From: Eubacteriales bacterium
GTDB taxonomy: Bacteria > Bacillota > Clostridia > Oscillospirales > CAG-382
Direction of reading: 5' to 3'
DNA: 64,000 bases
Assembly (NCBI GenBank): GCA_045595165.1
Contig: JAZNZY010000021.1
Coordinates: 51,382-115,381 of the forward strand
Positions 55,886-64,000 of the stretch are shown in pieces. The stretch's first letter is position 1. Each line of letters begins with the position of its first letter. The position numbers and the translations under genes were made by a program. The notes below the pieces were generated by a model. The model was not told the origin of the DNA. It made no database searches and worked only from the letters and a program-made list of their open reading frames with translations.

Positions 55886-55914
55886 TTTTTTAAAGAAAAA
55901 AGGAGTAGGTTTTT

Positions 55915-56433
55915 ATGACATATTGCCCTCAATGCGGATACGCACTTCGTGAAGGAGTGGTGATCTGCCCCTCCTGCGGAACAAAAACTCTTTGCGAAAT
56001 TCTCACCGTAAAGGAAGAAAAAAAAGAAGAGAGTATAGCGCAAATCCTGACGAAAGCGGAGTCCGCGCCCCTCTCTGCCTCTGCGCAGGCGGAAGCGTTC
56101 CCGATCCCCGCGCCCGCAGAGGAAAAGGAGCAAGCGCCGGTAAAAACCTCATACAGCGATAACGTGCTTCCCACGGGAAGATACGCAGTCCTTTCCACGG
56201 GCGGATATTTAATAAACCAGTTGTTGTTTATGGTACCCGTTATCGGATTTATAATCGCTATCATAATGGCGTGCGCATCCAAAAAGGTAAACCGCCGCAG
56301 ACACGCGCTGAGCGCGGTGATACTGCACATCATATTTTTGGTGCTGGCAGGCGGTATCGCGGGGATATCCGCGGTGTTCGGATATTCCGCAGTGGTTGCG
56401 GCAATAACGGAATGGCTTAAAGCTTTAATGTAA
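55915..56433 (+). CDS. zinc-ribbon domain membrane protein
   Basis: MTYCPQCGYALREGVVICPSCG, followed by two or more TM segments. Confidence 0.7.
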   Translation: MTYCPQCGYALREGVVICPSCGTKTLCEILTVKEEKKEESIAQILTKAESAPLSASAQAEAFPIPAPAEEKEQAPVKTSYSDNVLPTGRYAVLSTGGYLINQLLFMVPVIGFIIAIIMACASKKVNRRRHALSAVILHIIFLVLAGGIAGISAVFGYSAVVAAITEWLKALM

Positions 56434-56445
56434 TCACCCCGACAA

Positions 56446-56479
56446 TAAAAAAGAGCAGACTGTGTCTGCTCTTTTTTTT
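56446..56479. terminator. bidirectional rho-independent terminator
   Basis: aaaaa-agagcagac-tgt-gtctgctct-ttttttt. Confidence 0.85.
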
Positions 56480-56582
56480 AACGATGAACTAGAAACGAGG
56501 AACGAGGAACTTCGGAAGATTTTTGTTCGCAGAACAAAAATCAACCATTCGTTCATAGTTTATCGTTCATAGTTCATCGTTT
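56480..56582 (+). repeat. Rep-B full element B3
   Basis: aacgatgaactagaaacgaggaacgaggaa-cttcggaag-atttttgttcgcagaacaaaaat-caaccat-tcgttcatagtttatcgttcatagttcatcgtt. A 57-nt core is identical to the reverse complement of B2. Confidence 0.85.
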
Positions 56583-56583
56583 C

Positions 56584-57501
56584 TTACGGTAAAACCAGTT
56601 GTACTGCGCCTTCCAATATCTTAAGCACGGGATCGCGCATTAATATAATCTCTCCGTCCACGTTAAAGGGGATACGGTTGGGAGAGCATATTTTTAATTT
56701 CTTGCAGCGGCGGAAGGTAACTACATCCTTCGCTTTTTCAAAATGCTCGCCTTTTTTATATATGTTTACCAGCTTTAAAATGCCCGCTCGGGAAACACGG
56801 TCGATACAGACAAAATCCATAAGCCCATCGTTTACCTTGGCGTACGGAGCGGCTTTATATGCGCCGCCGTAATAATTTCCGTTGGCGGCGAGGGCGAACA
56901 TACAAGGGTGGGATCCGCCGAAAACGTCCTCATCATCACAAATAACGGTGTATTCGTATTTTTCGTACTTTAAAAAGCATTCAACCAGGGACATATTGTA
57001 TGAGCCTTTTCCTCCCAAAATACGGCGGTATTTGCCCATTCCGTCTGCCACCGCGGAATCAAAACCCGCAGACGCTACATTTACGCTTATGTATCCCGTG
57101 CCGCTTTCCGAATCCGTAACGGAAATAACGTCCAGCGGTACTGTTTTTCCCTTGGAAACCCGCTTCAGATCTCGGAAATCCGACGGAGTGTAATCCGGAA
57201 ACGCCTTTATAAAATCGTTTCCGCTTCCCGTGGGGACAACCGCCACGGAGCAGTTTTTACTGCCGGAGCGGATTATTCCCGTAACCACCTCGTTAAAGGT
57301 GCCATCTCCTCCGCAGGCGTAAATACGTAGGTGATCATCGGTGTTTTTTAATTGCTCGCACACCTCACGTATAGCATCCTTCGCGCATACGGTAACGTAT
57401 TTTTCACATTTTTCAAGGTGTAGCTTATCCACCGCTTCGGAAATAATGTTCGAACGGTCTTTACTGCCCGCAACGGGGTTTAATATAAAAAGATGCTTCA
57501 T
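56584..57501 (-). CDS. diacylglycerol/lipid kinase family protein (YegS/DagK-like)
   Basis: MKHLFILNPVAGS..., ACGGDGTFNEV, PTGSGNDF. Confidence 0.85.
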   Translation of the reverse strand: MKHLFILNPVAGSKDRSNIISEAVDKLHLEKCEKYVTVCAKDAIREVCEQLKNTDDHLRIYACGGDGTFNEVVTGIIRSGSKNCSVAVVPTGSGNDFIKAFPDYTPSDFRDLKRVSKGKTVPLDVISVTDSESGTGYISVNVASAGFDSAVADGMGKYRRILGGKGSYNMSLVECFLKYEKYEYTVICDDEDVFGGSHPCMFALAANGNYYGGAYKAAPYAKVNDGLMDFVCIDRVSRAGILKLVNIYKKGEHFEKAKDVVTFRRCKKLKICSPNRIPFNVDGEIILMRDPVLKILEGAVQLVLP

Positions 57502-58625
57502 TTATTTACTCCTTTGATATAGGGTGTGCGGCAAAGAGGGTCGGGCGCTGAAAACAACTCACGAAGCACTCTTTCTGCTCTTACCGAATTTTCAAATTGC
57601 TTGTTGCCCGCAACGGAAGCAGGCTTTACCACAAGAGAAAGAGAGGAACTTTTACTTATCTGCTTTATTACGGGAAGCCCTTTTCCTCCCGCCGCAAGGA
57701 GAGTAGTATGATTGGGCATTTCCGCCGCCTGATATTTGGTTATGCCGAAGAGCATGCTTACCAGTGCGCGGCGGACACGGGCAACCGTATCGTGAGCGCT
57801 GACACAAGCCGAAATAATTTCTTCCGTACCGCTTTTTTCGCGGCAGGCTTTGGTTATGCGTCCTGCCAAGGATTCGTCTATGCCGTAAAGCATAGCTTTA
57901 TCTCCCGAATACAGCTTTGCCGCTACGCTTAAATAGGGGTAAAGGGCTGTATCGGGCACGGGGGAATCAAAAAAGGTCGAGGCTTCACGGGGGAGTCCGT
58001 CCTTCGGCACGCCCGCCGACCGTAAAGAGCCGGCGGAAGAAAAGAGGGGTGAACGGGGGATTATTTCTATTTTTAATAAATTCCGTTTTGATGCGGCTTT
58101 TATATATTCAAGGGCTAAAATATTGTTGGGCTTTGAAAGACAGCGGGCGGTTTCTTCTCCCAACGCTTCCGCCAAAACAAGCTCTGCCGCTTTGGGATAT
58201 GAAAGATTTTTTTGCGTTTTTATGAGGGCGGATATCTTTTCCTCAAAATCACTCTTACATACAATATCCCTTGCACGCAACACCGCGTCTTTATCCTCTG
58301 CGCCGAAAACGAGGGCTTCAAACCCCGCTTCCTCGGCTATATGCACCCCTGCGCGGGCGAAATCACGGGCAGAAAGGGAGGAAAAGGGGAAAGGAAGCTC
58401 CAACACCCCGTCAAACCCGCACTCCACGGCGGCGGAAGCACGCAAATATTTATCGGCGCAGGCGTTGATGCCACGCTGAACCAGGTTTCCGCTCATAATT
58501 CCGAAAACTATTGGGTATAATTTATGCGCTTCATCCACCAAATGCTTGTGGCCGAAATGAAACGGATTGAATTCGCAAATAATTGCGGCGGTTCCTTTTA
58601 ATCTTTCCATAAAAATCCCTTGCAT
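57498..58625 (-). CDS. tmcAL: nucleotidyltransferase family protein, TmcAL/YlbM-like (tRNA-Met cytidine acetate ligase)
   Basis: IICEFNPFHFGHKHL (HxGH motif). The start may be the Met at 58610 (MERLKG). Confidence 0.75.
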   Translation of the reverse strand: MQGIFMERLKGTAAIICEFNPFHFGHKHLVDEAHKLYPIVFGIMSGNLVQRGINACADKYLRASAAVECGFDGVLELPFPFSSLSARDFARAGVHIAEEAGFEALVFGAEDKDAVLRARDIVCKSDFEEKISALIKTQKNLSYPKAAELVLAEALGEETARCLSKPNNILALEYIKAASKRNLLKIEIIPRSPLFSSAGSLRSAGVPKDGLPREASTFFDSPVPDTALYPYLSVAAKLYSGDKAMLYGIDESLAGRITKACREKSGTEEIISACVSAHDTVARVRRALVSMLFGITKYQAAEMPNHTTLLAAGGKGLPVIKQISKSSSLSLVVKPASVAGNKQFENSVRAERVLRELFSAPDPLCRTPYIKGVNK

Positions 58626-58686
58626 TTATTTTCTAACGGTAGTATAATTAAAAATAATTAAAATGTCAAGCAAGGAGAAATGAACA

Positions 58687-59892
58687 ATGTATATTCTTGT
58701 CGTAAACGCAGGAAGCTCTTCCCTTAAATACCAGCTTTTTGATATGGAGGGGGAAAAGCTTTTGGCAAAAGGTAATGCCGACCGTATCGGTATTGACGGC
58801 GTGCTGGAGCATCAGGTTATAGGTAAAGAAAAGACCGCCACTCCCACTCCCTTCCCCACCCACGCAGACGCTATTAAAAAAGTACTTGAAACACTTGTGG
58901 ATAAAGAAGCAGGCTGTATCGAGAGTATTGATATGATCGGCGCAGTAGGTCACCGCGTAGTACACGGCGGTCCTTGGCTCACCAAGCCCACCCTCGTTAC
59001 CGAGCAGTCCAAGGCTGACCTTCGCAAATGCCTTACCATCGCTCCCCTTCACACCAAGGGACATCTTGAGGGTATTCAGGGCTGTGAAGAGGTTATGCCT
59101 AACGTGCCTCAGGTGCTGGTTATCGACACCGCTTTCCATTCCACTATGCCCGCAAAGGCATACACTTATCCTATCGCATACGAAGTAGCAGAAAAATATA
59201 ATATCCGCCGTTACGGTTTCCACGGCACCTCCCACAGATACGTTTCCGCTATCGCAAACGAATATCTGGGCAAGGAAGACAGCAAGATCGTTACCTGCCA
59301 TATAGGCAACGGTTCTTCCATTTCCGCAGTAAGAGGCGGCAAGTGTATGGACACCAGCATGGGCTTCACTCCCCTTGACGGTATTATTATGGGCTCCCGT
59401 TGCGGCGCCATCGACCCCGCTATCGTTCCCTATATTATGGAAGCAGAGAATATTCCCGCTAACGAAATGGGCAACTGGATGAACAAAAAGTGCGGTCTGC
59501 TGGGCGTTTCCGGCGTATCCTCCGATATGCGTAACCTCCGCAAGGCGCAGGCAGAGGGCAACGAGAGAGCCAATCTTGCATCCGATATTCTCACTTACGA
59601 GATAAAGAAGTTTATCGGCTCTTACGCAGCCGCTATGAACGGTCTGGACTGTCTGGTATTTACCGCAGGTATCGGTGAAAACGATGCGAGAGTAAGAAGC
59701 GAAGTTTGCGCAGATATGGAATTTTTGGGCGTGAAGATGGACGAGGACAAGAACCTTAACTACCGCGATCTTCCCGTTCCCGCAGACGTTTCCGCTCCCG
59801 ACAGCAAGGTGAGAATTCTTGTTATCGCCACCAACGAAGAGCTGGTTATCGCCCGCGATACCGCAGAAATCGTTGCAGGACTTAACAAATAA
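58687..59892 (+). CDS. ackA: acetate kinase
   Basis: MYILVVNAGSSSLKYQLF, HRVVHGG, GFHGTSHRY, FTAGIGEN. Confidence 0.95.
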   Translation: MYILVVNAGSSSLKYQLFDMEGEKLLAKGNADRIGIDGVLEHQVIGKEKTATPTPFPTHADAIKKVLETLVDKEAGCIESIDMIGAVGHRVVHGGPWLTKPTLVTEQSKADLRKCLTIAPLHTKGHLEGIQGCEEVMPNVPQVLVIDTAFHSTMPAKAYTYPIAYEVAEKYNIRRYGFHGTSHRYVSAIANEYLGKEDSKIVTCHIGNGSSISAVRGGKCMDTSMGFTPLDGIIMGSRCGAIDPAIVPYIMEAENIPANEMGNWMNKKCGLLGVSGVSSDMRNLRKAQAEGNERANLASDILTYEIKKFIGSYAAAMNGLDCLVFTAGIGENDARVRSEVCADMEFLGVKMDEDKNLNYRDLPVPADVSAPDSKVRILVIATNEELVIARDTAEIVAGLNK

Positions 59893-60521
59893 TGATAGAA
59901 ACTCTTACTTTTGTTTTTGAGATAATCGGCACGGTGGCTTTTGCCATTTCCGGCGCCATAACAGGTCTTAAAAAGAAAATGGATATTTTCGGCGTGGTAA
60001 TTCTCGCCGTGATAACCGCCGTGGGGGGAGGCGCAATACGGGATATCGTGTTGGGCAATACCCCGCCCATGACGTTCAGAAACCCCGTTTACGCTCTGGT
60101 TGCCGTTGCCACGGGAATACTTACCTTTATCCCTGCGGTACGAAGGCTGGCAGGCAAAAATTCAAAAGTTTTTGATATGTTTTTGCTTATAACCGATTCT
60201 GTGGGGCTGGGCATATTTACTGTAATGGGTATACGCACCGCCATTAACTTAAACCACGGGGAAAACCTGTTTTTGCTGGTCTTCGTGGGAGTGGTTACCG
60301 GTGTGGGCGGAGGTCTGCTTCGTGATATGATGGCAGGCAACACGCCTTACATATTCGTAAAGCACATATACGCATCCGCTTCCCTTGCAGGTGCAGTCCT
60401 TTGCGTGCTTTTGTGGAAGCCCTTGGGCGCAACGGCGGCAATGACGATTTCCGCAGTGGTTGTAATAACCATACGCTTTCTGGCAGCAAGATTTAAATGG
60501 AGTCTGCCGAAAGCGGAATAG
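59892..60521 (+). CDS. trimeric intracellular cation channel (TRIC/UPF0126) family protein
   Basis: Duplicated motif GTVAFAISGA...GGGAIRDIVLG and GVVTGVGGGLLRDMMAG. Confidence 0.8.
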   Translation: MIETLTFVFEIIGTVAFAISGAITGLKKKMDIFGVVILAVITAVGGGAIRDIVLGNTPPMTFRNPVYALVAVATGILTFIPAVRRLAGKNSKVFDMFLLITDSVGLGIFTVMGIRTAINLNHGENLFLLVFVGVVTGVGGGLLRDMMAGNTPYIFVKHIYASASLAGAVLCVLLWKPLGATAAMTISAVVVITIRFLAARFKWSLPKAE

Positions 60522-60527
60522 AAATTA

Positions 60528-60630
60528 AATGAGGAATGAGAAATGAGAAATGAGAAATTAAGGAAGCTTATTGCACCGCGGTGCAAAAAGCAACCATCAT
60601 TCATCATTTATCATTCATCATTCCTCATTA
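60528..60630 (+). repeat. Rep-B full element B4 (AATGAGA / TTCATCA heptad arms)
   Basis: aaatgaggaatgagaaatgagaaatgagaaat-taaggaag-cttattgcaccgcggtgcaaaaag-caaccat-cattcatcatttatcattcatcattcctcatt. Confidence 0.8.
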
Positions 60631-60662
60631 AAAAACTCCCGATTTTATCGGGAGTTTTTGTT
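60631..60662. terminator. bidirectional rho-independent terminator
   Basis: aaaaaa-ctcccga-tttta-tcgggag-ttttt. Confidence 0.85.
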
Positions 60663-60684
60663 TATCCTGCTTGCTAAAGAATCT

Positions 60685-61230
60685 TTACTTGAAATTCTTT
60701 GGTATTTTTCTCATGGGTTTTTCGAGCAATACAACTATTACCGCGCAAATTATTCCGTTTGCAAGAACGTAAGGCGCGTTATAGACGATAGAATATATAA
60801 ACGGCGAAGCGGTGGTGATACCGTAGACCGTTTCCGAGGCGGTGATGGCGTAAATGGTAATTCCGCTTATAAAGTGGATCAAAAAGCGCACGCCTGTGGC
60901 AACTGCGGTACCTGCGATACCTTTTTTAAAGAAACCTGCTGTTCCAACAGCGGCGTATGCCAAAACGTAATCCAGTAAAATTGAGGGTATTCCGTATCCG
61001 CCCGAGGACCACAGAAGATATTTAAGTAATCCGAAAATGGCTCCTGTGGCGATACCCCATCCTGCGCCGCGGCGCAAAGCAAGGATCACCAGAGGCACCA
61101 TAAGTATGTCTATTCCCCCGCCCTGAAGCCAGGCGAAGTCGATCTCCAGCGGGCAGAGCGCCAACGCCAGAGCTACGGTTATACCGCATTCGCAAATTAT
61201 CAAAAGTCTGTCTTTAAGTTTTTTGTTCAT
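60685..61230 (-). CDS. thiT: ECF transporter S component, thiamine-specific (ThiT-like)
   Basis: Start moved to MNKKLKDRLL (ATG 61230), downstream of the riboswitch terminator. 6-TM protein of about 181 aa. A TPP riboswitch lies upstream. Confidence 0.75.
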   Translation of the reverse strand: MNKKLKDRLLIICECGITVALALALCPLEIDFAWLQGGGIDILMVPLVILALRRGAGWGIATGAIFGLLKYLLWSSGGYGIPSILLDYVLAYAAVGTAGFFKKGIAGTAVATGVRFLIHFISGITIYAITASETVYGITTASPFIYSIVYNAPYVLANGIICAVIVVLLEKPMRKIPKNFK

Positions 61231-61264
61231 TGTTTTTTTACGACGTGTACTTACTGTTTTTAAC

Positions 61265-61303
61265 GCAAAAACGGCTTGTCCTTTTTTATTAAGAACAAGC
61301 CGA
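61265..61303 (-). terminator. riboswitch expression-platform terminator
   Basis: Minus strand reads cggcttgt-tcttaataaaaaagg-acaagccg-ttttt. Confidence 0.75.
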
Positions 61304-61327
61304 TAATTTTTTACCATTTCCAAACGC

Positions 61328-61416
61328 TTTTACACGTCTTCTCCCTTCCACAGCATTATCTGACAGGTTCATCGGGTATATTCTCAGCCGTATATATTAT
61401 ACAGCACCCCGTAAAA
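61328..61416 (-). promoter_or_regulatory. TPP (THI-box) riboswitch aptamer
   Basis: Minus strand reads ttttac-GGGGTGC-tgtataatatatacgg-CTGAGA-atat-ACCC-gat-GAACCTG-tcag-ATAATGC-tgt-GGAAGGGAG-aagacgt-gtaaaa. The P1 stem is ttttac/gtaaaa. Confidence 0.88.
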
Positions 61417-61422
61417 TGATAT

Positions 61423-62130
61423 TCAGTTTTTAAAATTTGCCCGAAACTCTACTCCTACCTCAACGGTGTATTTATCCTTGTTCTGGGTCACACCGGGAAC
61501 GTAAGGGGGCGTATCCTGATACACCACGGTAAAGGATATGGCGTACCCAACGGGATTGCCGTCTTTATCCAAGGTGTATTCGCACACTATGTCTTTAAAT
61601 TCCGTTTCCTCCTCAACCACGCTTACAACACCGCAAACCTCGGGTAAAGCGGTGCCCAGCAGGGAATAAAGCAAGGCGGATTTTGAATTATCCTTAATAT
61701 AGTGGCGGTACAGCGTACCTGCAAGGGTTACTGAGGTTTCGGCAGAGCTTATCTGCTCGGTATCGAACACCACGGGAGGAGCGTATATCAGAGAGGAACG
61801 CAGTTCCTCCCAGGAGGATTTCTCCTCGGCTCCGTCGGTCGTAAGCACGCCGTCCTTCCAGCTTACCTGCATAACGCCGATATTATCGCCCATAAGGGTT
61901 TCTTCTATCTCTCCCGTCATACACAGAGGGTCTTCGGTTATGGTAACGTCGCCATCAGCAAGCAGGACACAGGTTTTTCCGCCAAGCTCAATTCTTAACG
62001 TAAAGCCATAGGCAACGTTGTTCATATCCTTAAACCCGTCCGTTACGGGTGTGATAAGCGTTTCGTCTACGCTGCAGGAGCACAAAACGAGAGAAAGTGC
62101 AAGAATTATGGGTATAAACGCCTTTCTCAT
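61423..62130 (-). CDS. hypothetical lipoprotein
   Basis: Lipobox LSLVLCSC. 235 aa. No family recognised. Confidence 0.65.
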   Translation of the reverse strand: MRKAFIPIILALSLVLCSCSVDETLITPVTDGFKDMNNVAYGFTLRIELGGKTCVLLADGDVTITEDPLCMTGEIEETLMGDNIGVMQVSWKDGVLTTDGAEEKSSWEELRSSLIYAPPVVFDTEQISSAETSVTLAGTLYRHYIKDNSKSALLYSLLGTALPEVCGVVSVVEEETEFKDIVCEYTLDKDGNPVGYAISFTVVYQDTPPYVPGVTQNKDKYTVEVGVEFRANFKN

Positions 62131-62133
62131 TTT

Positions 62134-64000
62134 TTATTCTCCCTTTAAAAGCGTTTCAAGCTCATCCAGCAGCTCGGACACCTCGTAAGTGAGGGTATAA
62201 TATCCGCCCGCACCGTCGATAGTATAATATGCCTTGGTAGATGTTACGCGGTAGAATACTATTTCGTCGGACTTGGTTTCGCTGGAAAGATTGATCTTTA
62301 ACATTTCACTGCCGATTTCGTCGCCCTGCTGATATTCACCCTCTCGGGAAACGTTGATAACCTTGATATAGAACTGTCTGAACGCATCCATATCAATTTC
62401 TTTTCCGTTGCAGGTTACAGACTGCGCGATACCCGCTTCGTCCTTGCCGACAACAAAATTATAGCTTTCTCCGTCATAGGTAAACTTCATTTCGTTAACG
62501 TCATCAAGATACATATACAGAAGCGAGGAGCTTGCGTAATCCAGCGGTTCCCAATCCATCCAGGGAGCGGTTTCAAGATATACCTTTGCTATATAGGGGT
62601 TGATGAACTTGACTTCCTCGCCGTCGGAATCCAGAGTAGTGATCATAGATGCGACGTAACGGGAGCCGTCCTCCAAAGGATCGGAGAACAAAAGGTCCAT
62701 TGTATACTGTCCGTATACGTAGTGAACGGTCAATGCAGGGTCGGTGCCCTCGCCGTCCTCGGTCTTGCCCAAACCGTATTTGGCAAGGTCCATATCCTCG
62801 ATACCGAACTCAACCACCTCGTCACCTACCAAGGTGCAAAGCGACATAAGATATTCAACGTAGGCGGTAGTGTTTACGTATGCGTAATTGCGGTTTTCGG
62901 GGATAAATTCATCGGTAGTGATCATCCACAGACCGATAAACGCATCCGCAGGGTTGGCGTCCAGCTTGTCTGCCATTACGCGGATCTCATCGGTAACCAT
63001 CATCTTTTTGGTATCGTAGCCGTCGATATCAAGTCTTACGTACTGAACGGGCTTATCGCTCTTGAAATTGATGGTGTGGATAACGTAGGTGCCGTCCTTT
63101 TGGTTTTTGATACTGTCGGGCAGCTCGGTCTGCACGGTGTTAAAGTTTTCGCCGTCGGTATAAATAAGCACGGTTATCTTCTCGGGCAGGTATGCACCCT
63201 TTGCCTCATCTCTTACCAAGGGAAGCTTTATACTGTACTCCCCGTTTTCGGAAACGCGGTTAAGGGACATAGCGATCTGAATGGAGTTTCCGTCCTTGGA
63301 GCCGATGCCGATAAACGCATCGGAAGAAGTCCAATCCGTATAAGGTGCGGGAGCGCGCTTAAGGTCGGAAAGTAAAGTTGCCACGTCTGCCTCTTCGTTG
63401 GAAAGCACCAGATTGGAGGAAGCGGACATTGCGCGGCGCAGACGAATGGTAAGTGTCTGGTCCAGATCGCGGAAATACATAGACATTTTGTCTATGGAAT
63501 AAATTTCGTTGGTATCCGAAATAGAGTATACCAGATTTGCGGTAAGGAAGGCTTCGCCTCCTGCGGCAAAGGTAGACTCAACGTCGGAATTAAGGAGCAG
63601 ATAAACGTGGGGCTTGCCCTCGTAACGGGCGTAATTATATGCACCCGTGGAGTCCTTATCGCCTATGATAAGCACGTGAGTATCGCCGCTTTTGGTAACA
63701 ATAGTTATTTTCGCGGTGGTTCCGTCCCCGTCAAGCCCGTACTGAGAGAAATCCTTGGGGTTTGCAAGCTTTCCCTCCGCGCAGGTGTAGGTGGAGTTTA
63801 CCACCAGATATGAGAACGCCTCTGCGTTGAGCTGAACACCCTCTGCCCCTTCGATATAGAAGGTGGAGGAGGACTTGCTCTCTCTGTAAACCTTAAAGGT
63901 AGTATTTTTGTTTTTAACGGTAATGGAAGTAAGGTCGCTTCTGGTAATGGAGGGGTACATAAAGGGCTTGCCCGTGGTGGTGACCACGTCGCCGTCCGTA
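62134..64000 (-). CDS. hypothetical protein, possibly DUF4340-like; 5' end outside the window
   Basis: The ORF-track start at 63987 is a GTG, and the frame stays open to base 64000 (..TDGDVVTTTGKPF). No signal peptide or TM is present at that position, so the true N-terminus probably lies beyond the edge. The family call is tentative. Confidence 0.6.
   Translation of the reverse strand, partial: TDGDVVTTTGKPFMYPSITRSDLTSITVKNKNTTFKVYRESKSSSTFYIEGAEGVQLNAEAFSYLVVNSTYTCAEGKLANPKDFSQYGLDGDGTTAKITIVTKSGDTHVLIIGDKDSTGAYNYARYEGKPHVYLLLNSDVESTFAAGGEAFLTANLVYSISDTNEIYSIDKMSMYFRDLDQTLTIRLRRAMSASSNLVLSNEEADVATLLSDLKRAPAPYTDWTSSDAFIGIGSKDGNSIQIAMSLNRVSENGEYSIKLPLVRDEAKGAYLPEKITVLIYTDGENFNTVQTELPDSIKNQKDGTYVIHTINFKSDKPVQYVRLDIDGYDTKKMMVTDEIRVMADKLDANPADAFIGLWMITTDEFIPENRNYAYVNTTAYVEYLMSLCTLVGDEVVEFGIEDMDLAKYGLGKTEDGEGTDPALTVHYVYGQYTMDLLFSDPLEDGSRYVASMITTLDSDGEEVKFINPYIAKVYLETAPWMDWEPLDYASSSLLYMYLDDVNEMKFTYDGESYNFVVGKDEAGIAQSVTCNGKEIDMDAFRQFYIKVINVSREGEYQQGDEIGSEMLKINLSSETKSDEIVFYRVTSTKAYYTIDGAGGYYTLTYEVSELLDELETLLKGE

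Noticed and set aside
61231-61323. An N-terminal extension of the thiT ORF (MEMVKNYRLVLNKKGQAVFALKTVSTRRKKT).
   Set aside because: It is encoded by the riboswitch expression-platform terminator (61265-61303). The true start is the ATG at 61230.

Overview
This window looks like Firmicutes/Clostridia-type chromosome at roughly 50% GC. That assignment rests on PolC, the pyrH-frr-uppS-cdsA-dxr-rseP-ispG-polC gene order, tRNAs with encoded CCA, and a TPP riboswitch upstream of an ECF ThiT gene. All family calls come from motifs read by eye in the ORF-track proteins; no database search was possible.

The left 30 kb is mostly core housekeeping on the minus strand: ispE, an aminotransferase, an AsnC regulator, polC, ispG, an asparaginase, rseP, dxr, cdsA, uppS, frr, pyrH, a split radical-SAM pair, uvrA and uvrB. 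It is bounded by a small accessory patch at 1-5.8 kb next to tRNA-Ala.

The right 34 kb is accessory-like. It holds two orphan LplA-type solute-binding lipoproteins, each beside a Gfo/Idh/MocA oxidoreductase, plus a patatin-like lipase and TspO. It also holds a GlpA-like/oxidoreductase/DUF1667 trio and three tandem secreted surface proteins with acidic PSEE linkers and a C-terminal anchor. Further along are glycerate kinase and a translationally coupled MoxR-DUF58-transglutaminase operon with extra membrane and zinc-ribbon genes, then dagK-like, tmcAL-like, ackA, a TRIC channel and thiT.

The most unusual content is non-coding. There are at least four interleaved, sometimes nested, families of structured intergenic repeats:
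- (D) Arrays of dissimilar mini-hairpins punctuated by an 8-nt TATGGAAT/ATTCCATA motif, immediately 3' of both tRNA genes.
- (B) Palindromic elements of about 100 bp with heptad-repeat arms. One near-identical inverted pair brackets the 7.5-kb glxK-MoxR segment.
- (C) A CACCCC...GGGGACCCCG element of about 35 bp, seen 8 or more times and only intergenic, twice inserted inside B arms.
- (A) A mosaic unit of 300-450 bp repeated four times after stop codons.

No CRISPR array, rRNA, transposase or integrase is visible.
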